NCBI GenBank assembly: GCA_001642005.1
Contig: LWCA01000024.1
Span: forward strand, 1 to 64,000
DNA from: Intoshia linei
Lineage: Eukaryota; Animalia; Orthonectida
Reading direction: 5' to 3'
DNA: 64,000 bases
Made by a program: the position numbers and the translations under genes. This document shows, one piece after another, positions 1-9,114 of this stretch. Numbering within the stretch: the stretch's first letter is position 1; each line of letters opens with the position of its first letter. The notes below the pieces were generated by a model that did not search any database, was not told the DNA's origin, and saw nothing but the letters and a program-made list of their open reading frames with translations.

Positions 1-418
1 AATCTTTTCCGTTAATTAGCCTGAAAGCTGTCAAAATTTTGTTACCATTTTCTTTTTCATGGTTTTGGGTAAACAGGCTTTTCGGCATTAACTGAAATCA
101 AATCCAAAAAGCGAGAAAGACTTGTCAGAATTGATGATGAAATGCGAGTTTGCTTGTCGTCTTTGAACCCTCGATGGAATTTAATTTGTTTTCGGAAGCA
201 AGCTCATTTGTCACTTTGAAAAAATTTATATTATTGTTGCTTTTGATTTTCGGTCCAGTTTCCTTCTGTTTTTACTTTAATCTTAAAGGGTGGCAACGTC
301 ATTGTTGATTATTATACATCATTTAATAATTTTTTATGAAATATTTGCTTGATGATGTGTCGCGTATTTTTCTAATGTAAAGAGTGTGTCGCAGCTCAAG
401 AAAGTTTGAGAAACACTG
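1..418 (+). mobile_element. 3' end of a decayed hAT (Charlie/Buster-type) transposon: transposase C-terminus plus right TIR
   Basis: ~75-219 reads GFSALTEIKSKKRERLVRIDDEMRVCLSSLNPRWNLICFRKQAHLSL*, typical of a hAT dimerisation-domain C-terminus. GTTTGAGAAACACTG at 404-418 is the reverse complement of a CAGTGTTTCTCAAAC-type TIR. Confidence 0.8.
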
Positions 419-741
419 CTTTATTCACTTTGATGCTGAATTAATTACATGACTGTAATATACTCAAATCTGACTTCTCACCTCTATTAAATTAAAATTA
501 ACAATTATTTTGAGTATGCATTAAATTTGGTGCTTATAATAAACTCAAAATAAACAATGTAAAACTTATAAACGACGTAGGGTACGTTTTATTGTCAATT
601 ATTTAACCAATCATTTTAAACGTGGTCCTTTGGACCCTCATGGATCATAGAAATTTTTTGCGACGACCGTAAAAAACGGTTGCCATCTGATATAAAAAAT
701 GAATATATACCCTAATTTGTTGAATAATGGTATTAAGAGGT

Positions 742-2102
742 TCAATTTGATATACTTTGCATGATTGGATATATTTGGTTAAAATTTGTTGAGTAGTGAA
801 ACCTGCATAAATAACGTGAAATTGAAATAAATAAAATACATTTTTTCGGCCAGTAATTGTCATTGTGCAAGTCATTATTAATACCATAACTGCTAATATC
901 AAAAGATACTTTTTTCTTACAATGTAAATCAGTATTACGATGCTGTATACGAGATGTACAACTGTAAATAGGTTTAACTGTTAATTTATTCAAATCACCC
1001 ATATACCTCTTGCATAAAGTTGAGAGATTATTGGTTTGGTTGATGTAAATAAACGTTAATAGTGGTTTAATGAGAAGAGTATTAATATTCGTATATTGAT
1101 AGAAGGAAAATCTAGTAAAGTAAAATATTTTGGCATTATTATGGAATAAATCGGTAGTCAAAATTGAACTTTCCATTTTAAATGAATTTGAAAATAATTT
1201 AAATTGTTGAGTTTGGTTGATTGAATAAACTCTAATTGAAACAAGTATAATAACGATACAGTCGACCAAATTGTAGTAATTTATAGTAATTTTTTTTATT
1301 TTGTACAAAACATAATTAATTCTTGAATTTGTTGAATCAAGACTATTCATCAAAAATTTACATTTATATTTACAATAAATATATTTTTTGGCTACAATAA
1401 TATTTTTGGTGATAATCAGCATTGTATAATGAATAGTCATAAAAATGATCAAAATACGTTGAGATTGGTCGGACCGATTGAACAAAATGGCTAATTGTCT
1501 ACAAATGGTATTTCCTTTACGTGGAAATATTTTATAATACTCGTACAAACTAGTATGCTTAAAAAAACGCAAAATATCGGAATTTGTTCTATTGAGAAGA
1601 TGGTAATAATAATGTATTATAGGTTGGTTTAAATTTGTAGAAACGTTTGAAGATTTTTGTTTATCAATATATTCTTCAATTTGAATAACTTTAGAAAAAA
1701 AATTGACTACATTATCTTTAAAGGTTGCGTCGTTCATTAATGGGAGAAATTTATCTAGTCCACTTTGGACTAAATAACTCTTTAAATGTTTAGTTATGGA
1801 CGATAACATCATCATATTATCCTGAAATTTTTCAATTTGATTCACAATTGAATATATATAAATGGCTATATCTATAAAAATGATACAATCGGGTAAATTG
1901 GGTTATAAATACCTTTGTCGTCTTTTCCAAAATCAATGTTATTTAGCGTTTGATAGAATAGCTTTAAGATGGAAAAAATTGGAAAGTTCACATCTACATT
2001 GGATGTTGAATTCAACAAAGTAGATTCTGTACACGATTCAGAGCTTTGTTTCAATACTTGACACGTACAAGTGGCGTTATGTTTCAAATTTAAATGTATC
2101 AT
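742..2102 (-). CDS. Uncharacterised 2-exon protein (~440 aa)
   Basis: Exon 1 (2102-1913) joins exon 2 (1871-742) in frame through a 41-nt GT..AG intron (1912-1872), giving ...GKDDK/DIAIYIYSIVNQIEKF... A 1.1-kb ORF is unlikely by chance in such AT-rich DNA. No domain recognised. Confidence 0.6.
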
Positions 2103-3011
2103 GTTTCACTGTGTAAAATCAATTTTATTCTTTTTGAACAATTCCAGTTGGAATTTGAGATTATTTTAAAACCAACAAGTGTACAAAATTTGAAACTTTA
2201 CAATTTATTGATTAACAAACATTGAAAAATAGTTAAAAAACTGATAAATCACGTGTCCAAAACAATGCAACTTTCAATATAAATTACATAATAAAGTTTA
2301 TTTAATTCACTTTAAATTGATAAATTTACTTTTATTTTCGCTCAAAATTAAGAGGTAAATTTGATTTAATTTTATTTATATTTTATTGTATTTTGATTTA
2401 ATTTGTCATTTTTTACATTACAAGTTATTATTCATTATTTATATATTATTTTGGTTACTTTAAATACATTTTAATAAATAAATTAAATTAAAGTTTTCAA
2501 ATTGAGAATTTCAAAAATTATTTTCAATACAATAATTAGTTTGTGTGTTAAATGCAAATTATCAAGTTAATAGCATTGGGAAGTGACTAAAGGCTATATG
2601 ACACTACGCATCTTTTGTGAAATTTTCGGGTGACCTCGAACTGGTAGACTATACTTTTTGAATAAGCATTACTGTCTTAAATCTTGTCAAAGATTATCAG
2701 GGCTGTGGAGATGGAGAGATATACCAGCATTGAACACACTGGGTCTATTATTATAAACTTATGGGTGATGTTCAAAACATTTTGATATGATGGTACGAAA
2801 ATATTAAAGCTCAATAAAAAATATTTAATCTGCTGGATTAACCAATATATACTCATTTTTTTTAAAATTGTGTATGTGAGTATGTGCCCGGTCCTCTAGA
2901 TTTCCATTGTCCTGCTTGTACTATATTAAAAACATCAAAAAAATTTTATCTCACTCCTGAAATTGACTCATCAAATTGAAACTTAAATTTTGCATAGATC
3001 AAAGTTTTAAA

Positions 3012-4775
3012 ATGGGAAAAGCGAAATCTGAAAAAAAGGAAACAGTAAAAACAGACAAACCCAAGTCAGACATTAAAAAGGACGCCAATATTATCGATGA
3101 AAATAAAAAGGAATCTATTATCGAAGAAAAAATTTCCGTTGTCGAGGAAATTATCAAAAAAAATGTTTTACATACCCCGACAGCAGTGAAATGTGGTGAT
3201 TCAATAGGAAATCGTGGATTACTATATGGCATAAATTCATTGGATCAATTTGATCCTACAGTTTATGGATTGTCTCCAAAATTTTGTCTTACAGACTTTA
3301 CCGATTTAAAAGGTTGAGGGTGTAAGGTTCCCCAAAAGGTTTTGCTAGAGCTTTTGGAGGGCCTTCAAATCGATAATGAATCTGAAGCAAAAATTGAAGA
3401 CGACCAGAGTAATACCATATCAGAGGATAAAGATAAATTAATGGGTAAAATGTAATTTGATGTGATTAATTTTTATTATGTAGGAATTGGACTAGACTGT
3501 TGTGTTACAAAAATTCGAGATTCGGATCTTTTATTAGTTCAAACTACCGATTTTTTTTATCCATTAGTTGATGATCCTTATTTAATGGTATTTAAAGATT
3601 TCTAATTCATTAATGTAAATCAATTTAGGGGAAAATAACTTGTGCCAATGTTTTGTCGGATTTATATGCGTTGGGTGTTACTATATGTGATAATATGCTG
3701 ATGCTTTTAGGAGTATACCTGTGTGTTTAATGTCAATTGCATGTTTTTAGATATGTTCGGCGTTTTCAGAAACAGAAAGAAAGACAGTTGTCAAGTTGAT
3801 AATTAAAGGATTTAGGGTAATTAATACACTGCATGTTTTTATTTTTTAGGATCAAGCTAAACTTGCTGGAACTCGCATAAATGGAGGACAGACAGTATTT
3901 ATTGTTTGATATACTGGATAGTATTTTTTAGATTGTTAATCCTTGGATGACTATTGGAGGAACAGCTACAACTGTGTGTAAACCAACTGAAATTATCAAG
4001 TATTTTATATTTTAATGTTTATTAATTTGAACAATATTATAGTCCAAACCAAGCTGTAGTAGGAGATGTTTTAGGTATCTTAATTTATATTTATTTTACT
4101 TTCAGTCTTAACGAAACCACTGGGAGTGCAAGTCGCTGTTAATGCGTATAGATGGCTTTACAACCCTGAAAGAAGCGCTCGTTTAAAATTAGTTGTTACA
4201 GAGGACGATGTTAGATTGGCTTATTACCGTGCATGTGACATGATGGCTCGATTAAACCGACCTGGTATATCGATAAAGTTCAGAATACTCACTAATTATT
4301 ATATTTTTAGCCGCAAGGTTAATGCATAAATATAATGCTCATGGCGCGACAGATGTAACTGGCTTTGGTATACTTGGACATGCCAATAATTTGGCTAATA
4401 TACAAGCTAATCCAGTATCGTTTGTAATACACAATTTACCAATTATTAATAAAATGTCGGTTGTGAGCAAAGCTTGCGGAAATGCGTTCGGTTTATTGAC
4501 AGGAACCTCTTCGGAAACTTCTGGTAATGTTATATTTTTCTTATATCATGTATAGGCGGATTGCTCATCATTATGCAACGAGAACAAGCTACATTGTTTT
4601 GTAAAGAATTTGAAAAGATTGAAGGTTGTCCTGCTTGGATCGTTGGTGTTGTAGAAAAAGGTGATAGAACCGCAAGAATTATTGAAAAACCCCGCATAAT
4701 AACAGTAGTGTATATATTATTTTTTACAATATTTATTAGGTTCCCGCTAAAGAAGTATCTGGTAAACTCTGGTAG
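3012..4775 (+). CDS. SEPHS2: Selenophosphate synthetase 2 (SelD/SPS2), selenoprotein, 462 aa with UGA = Sec at codon 102
   Basis: 11 exons: 3012-3444, 3484-3587, 3629-3712, 3751-3816, 3850-3894, 3932-3999, 4043-4074, 4106-4264, 4311-4523, 4556-4704, 4740-4775 (1389 nt, all GT-AG introns of 31-46 nt). Motifs: [99 protein letters not shown]. Confidence 0.96.
3324..3365 (+). promoter_or_regulatory. Sec-redefinition (SRE-like) hairpin 6 nt 3' of the UGA
   Basis: AAGGTTCCCCAAAAGGTTTT-GCT-AGAGCTTTTGGAGGGCCTT pairs by hand into ~18 bp (G.U included, one mismatch, one bulge). It starts right after TGA-GGG-TGT. Confidence 0.7.
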
Positions 4776-4804
4776 TATGATTTGTATCGATTTTTTTTAA
4801 TTTG

Positions 4805-4870
4805 ATTTCATAAAACATGATATTTTCAGTTTCAAAATTGTATAAACTGTAAATTGACAATAAATGATTT
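4805..4870 (+). promoter_or_regulatory. Candidate SECIS element (type I-like) in the SPS2 3' UTR
   Basis: AUGA at 4817-4820. Helix II ATTTTCAGTTT (4822-4832) pairs with AAACTGTAAAT (4844-4854), 10/11 pairs. Apical loop CAAAATTGTAT has unpaired AAA. 3' UGAC at 4855-4858 completes the tandem G.A/A.G core. AATAAA follows at 4859-4864. Helix I is weak. Confidence 0.75.
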
Positions 4871-5699
4871 TATTTTATCTTAAAAAATATTTTTGTCGGA
4901 AATTTTTAACCTTTATTTTAGCTATTGAATTTAAATTGTATTTAAGGACATTGTACATTTTTTTTAATTGCCAAATATAGATACAGTCAAATCTTTATAA
5001 TCTGAACTGTCTGATTTACTAATTGACTAATTTACACTTAACTTATAAAAAATGGCCACTACTAAGTCAAAAATTAATTTACGAATGTCGAATATTAAAA
5101 ATGTGAGGCTTTTATTACAAATAATTTGGCGATATCAACCCACTTATTTATTTCAAGTAGTCTTTTTTACTGTTAATTAACACATCAGGTGTATTGACAT
5201 TATGTTGGCCATGGAATGTAATACCGTGTGCTTAGAAATTAATGTTAAATTTACTATCGAAAAAAACAACCATATTTTTAAGTGCTTAACTGTATTTGGA
5301 TTCGTAAATGTTGATTTTGTGTTTTTATCAGACTAGTTACTCGATTTTTCTGCTTTGAATATTTATTTTCGTCAAATAAAATTAATCATTCAATTCTGTA
5401 CAATGGCTTATTTTTGATTGTTAGGTGGTCTGGAACTTTGTAGGTTTGGATCTGGTAATGGGAGTTTCCAATGCATATTAAAAATGAACGAGTATTAAAT
5501 GTATAATTATCACTAGGTTGAATGTTATGTCTTACGTACAAACAGCACCTAGATCTGCCGTGGGCGGACATTTTTATTCTACCAAAAAAATAAATTCTAA
5601 ATAAATAAAATGTTCATATAAATGTTTTAATGTAATACTGATTTCCACATTTTTTATAATCGCAACTCTAATGTATAACAGAGTCTAGATTTACAACCT

Positions 5700-5953
5700 G
5701 AGTATATCAAACGGTCATTCATGTAGGGTAGAATTTAGAAAATTATAATATAAATTTTACGATCTGATGACTTTAACAGTATTTAATTTGCGTTTTGTTT
5801 AGGTTTTTGAGGTTTAATTTGATTTTCAACTAAATTTATATAATCATCCGTTTCCATTACATCCGGCTCGATGTTTTCATGACATATAAAATGAATTTTG
5901 GTATTCATTTCAATTGTAATATATTTGATTGGATTATCTTGCATATCTTGTAA
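5700..5953 (-). pseudogene. Decayed fragment of an EGFR paralog (end of kinase domain and start of C-tail)
   Basis: LQDMQDNPIKYITIEMNTKIHFICHENIEPDVMETDDYINLVENQIKPQKPK aligns with the neighbouring EGFR FEDMQNDPTKFLRIEVDTKIDFFSPENIDDDVMEADDYMALLINQVKPKKPL. A stop follows, then a frameshifted YM..PFD match near 5705-5730. Confidence 0.85.
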
Positions 5954-6049
5954 GCAGTACAAGCAAGTATACAACCAACAGTATGCCCTGTCTTCTAAAA
6001 AGGGGCCCTAATTCTTTTTATCGCTTCGCTTAAAACTTTAAAGTGTCTC

Positions 6050-6250
6050 CGGCCTTTGCTTAGTCCACAGCCACGAAGTGGCTTAAGAACTTTTTCTAAA
6101 CCAAAAATAATTAAGAATGAATTTCGGAATTGTTTGGCTCAACCTCGTTTGAATGCGCTCTTTTTAATGTCAATTGAGAATGAGATTTTGAAAATATTAG
6201 TTTTGATAATGTCATCTTTTATTTTTGTCAGAAAAAAATGAGAAAACAAC
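6050..6250 (+). mobile_element. hAT transposase C-terminal (dimerisation domain) remnant
   Basis: RTFSKPKIIKNEFRNCLAQPRLNALFLMSIENEIL resembles the ERSFSKLKLIKxxLRxxMxQxRLNxLxLxSIE consensus. Degenerate. Confidence 0.75.
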
Positions 6251-6568
6251 ATTTGTGTAGAATTGTCAAAATTTTTTTGGGACTGCATAGTGCATATTTT
6301 CAAATGAAAAAGTAAACTTTGTTGATTAATTAATGTAAGTAGATTTTTGTAAAAGAAATAAATACTAATACTTCCCACATTATATATATTTACTAATACA
6401 TATAACTTATATGACGTAAATATGAATTTAAAATGACAAATCGAATAGATATCTTTAAATATTTTTATTCAGAACTATTCTTAATATTACAAAAATGAAC
6501 ATATTATTTGATACGTGATACCCTAATGTAAATATTCGTTATTTGTTTGCATTTACACTTTAATTGAA

Positions 6569-7279
6569 ATGAAATTTTTAAATTTTTCTTTAATCTGCTA
6601 TATAGTATTTTATGAAAGCTGTGCCATAACAAGAAATGAATCAAGCGATAATTCATACTCAATAATATATCCATCAAAGTTAAAACTTTGGTTATACGAT
6701 GCATTTAATCATTTTTTATTTCAAATTGCAAAAGAAATTGATTGGAAAAGATTAACCAATGAAATAATTAATGAATTGAATTATCAAGATTTGTATAAAT
6801 TGATTACGCCAAAAATCAAAGACCATGTATTGAAATTATTGAATCATTCTTATGCGGTTAGATATAGCAAAATTTTAAAAAAAATTGACAAATCACGTTT
6901 GAATATTTCAATAATGACAAATAATAAATTGTTGTCAACAGTAAAATCTGATATTCTCTCGATTGTTAATGATATAATTCATAAATCAAAATTATTTGAA
7001 GAAAGTCATCACATTTTAATCAATAAAAAGAAAACAGCTCTCAGTTTATGGAGACGATTGGGTGACAAGGAAAAATTGAAATTGATTGATATGGCTTCTC
7101 AAATCGTGGCAAGGAAAACTGGTGTCTCAAAAATATTTATAAGAGCTGGAATTTCTTATGTTATGGACTTATATAAAATGCAAAGCGGTAATCCTGGAAA
7201 AGTTGTGGAAGGAATTGGTAAATTTTTATTGAAGGCTAATCCAATTGGTGCTATAGTGAATTTATTCCACCCTTTTTAA
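6569..7279 (+). CDS. Intronless orphan secreted protein (236 aa), basic and helical
   Basis: ATG-to-TAA ORF with a signal-peptide-like N-terminus MKFLNFSLICYIVFYESCA. AATAAA lies ~20 nt after the stop. C-terminus GKVVEGIGKFLLKANPIGAIVNLFHPF looks amphipathic. Confidence 0.75.
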   Translation: MKFLNFSLICYIVFYESCAITRNESSDNSYSIIYPSKLKLWLYDAFNHFLFQIAKEIDWKRLTNEIINELNYQDLYKLITPKIKDHVLKLLNHSYAVRYSKILKKIDKSRLNISIMTNNKLLSTVKSDILSIVNDIIHKSKLFEESHHILINKKKTALSLWRRLGDKEKLKLIDMASQIVARKTGVSKIFIRAGISYVMDLYKMQSGNPGKVVEGIGKFLLKANPIGAIVNLFHPF

Positions 7280-7618
7280 ATTAATTGAAATTATTCTTTA
7301 AATAAATTTTTTTTAAATTATTGTGACATATGATACCAGATTCTGATGACCAGAGTTGTCGAATGTGATTTTATTGCGTCTCCACGGCTGTTGCATTATT
7401 ATGTAACATGAAGCTATGCATCGTAATATTTATTATTTCATAAAAAAAAATTTCGCTACTCCTAAAATTCGTACTCATTTTATATCGTCATGGGTCTCCT
7501 GGTTTAAGAAAATATTATCTTTAAATCGATCTCAATATGTTAGCCACGTTTAAAGGCTCAAACGATATTGAAACGGTAAGATAGATAAACTTTAATTATT
7601 CTTTACGAATCCCTAGAT

Positions 7619-7905
7619 CAGTGGTTCTCAAAGTGATCCACAAGAAATTCTAGGTGGTCACCAAGAAAAATTTTAAATAAAATGAAGATAACCTTTTTTT
7701 AACAATAATATAAAATGATAATATTATTCATTATTGATCATCTATTATTATTAGTTAACATAAACATTATTTTGTGAAAATTTACTAAATAACATGAATA
7801 ATTTTATAACTGATAAATAATTACTGAATAATCTATGAACGATTTAACTTATTTAGATAGTAGTTCCCAGAACCGAACCTAGCAAGCTCGTGGTTACTAC
7901 TAAAA
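7619..7905 (+). mobile_element. Non-autonomous hAT-type element end (copy A)
   Basis: Begins with CAGTGGTTCTCAAAGTG (hAT-like TIR). Aligns over ~280 nt with the reverse complement of 47880-48172. Confidence 0.7.
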
Positions 7906-8445
7906 TGAAAAATAATTTTTAATATATTATCAACCAACATTTTTCAATTATTTCGATTAAAATAAAAATTACAAATGTAAATAAATGTATTGATCCTACA
8001 ATTTCAAAAAAAATGTGCATTGAACGTCTTCACATTTCCAATAAAGAAATATGGGTGAAAATCTATAATTTATTCCTTTGGAATTTTTTTCATTGCTACG
8101 CAATTTTTAAATTTCAAATTTTGATTTTCAAAACATTTTGTAAAAAATTTAAATTTAAACTACAACAACGAAACTAAAATTAATACAACTTTGTTATTAT
8201 CATTTTTATATTTATTACAATCCTTTGCAATTTTTGTAAAATTCGACTGAATGTTTATAAAGTGAAGATTCGGTTAATTATTAATACATAATTGGTATTT
8301 TTAAGTATTTATTAAATTGGTAATGAATATATATCATTACATTGAAAATGACAAAATAGGTTTTTATTATTTTATTTTTTCTAGAATTTACGCTATTTAT
8401 GACAATTTTTAGGATTGGACTGTTTTTACTTTATTTTTAATATTA
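7905..8445 (+). repeat. Partial copy (3' part) of the Helitron-like repeat family
   Basis: Matches 15885-16100, 56960-57290 and the reverse complement of 38450-38985. Confidence 0.75.
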
Positions 8446-9114
8446 GATACACATTCTGTTTATAAATTAAAAAAATGGGATAAAAATTGTTTTTAGAATT
8501 CTTTACGCAAATGTTAACAAACAAAAATTAAGATAGAATAATTCACTTTAAAGTAAAAAGTAATGTGATATGATGGTTTCAACTGAAACAAATTTGAGAG
8601 CTATTCATTAAAAAGATTGATAATAGTGAATAGTAGGATTTTTAAATTAGATTTTCAACGTGAATTTATTTTTGAAGTATAATAAAAATGTGATCTCGGC
8701 AGAGATAGGTCCTGTTTGTACGTAGTACATAACAGTCAACCTAGTCTGATATAAAATTATACAAAGTTGAGTTTTGATTTTGATTAAATAACAATTTTAA
8801 GTTATAGTTCGCAACATCTATTATGCTCTTGATTTTCTGCATCCTTACTAATTGAAGTGAACCTTTATTCCGGTCGTGTTTGTTTCGATGCTGCATATAT
8901 ACAAATCATAAACAATTTGAAACTATTTTTAACTTTACTTTTACTGTTACCTTTTAAAAATTTTCCATTTTAGCTACTTTTAGAAAACGCACCATTAGAA
9001 AAAAGTAACTGTCAAAAACCCGTACAACAGAAAATATAAACTAAACGAATTTCAAGAAATTTATTAAGTAGTGTTATAAAATGTTAATTTATACACGATA
9101 TTTATACAACAAAA

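Noticed and set aside
2976-3317. 113-aa stand-alone ORF, or SPS as a nonsense pseudogene
   Set aside because: The stop is at the Sec position, all downstream exons are intact, and SRE- and SECIS-like elements are present.
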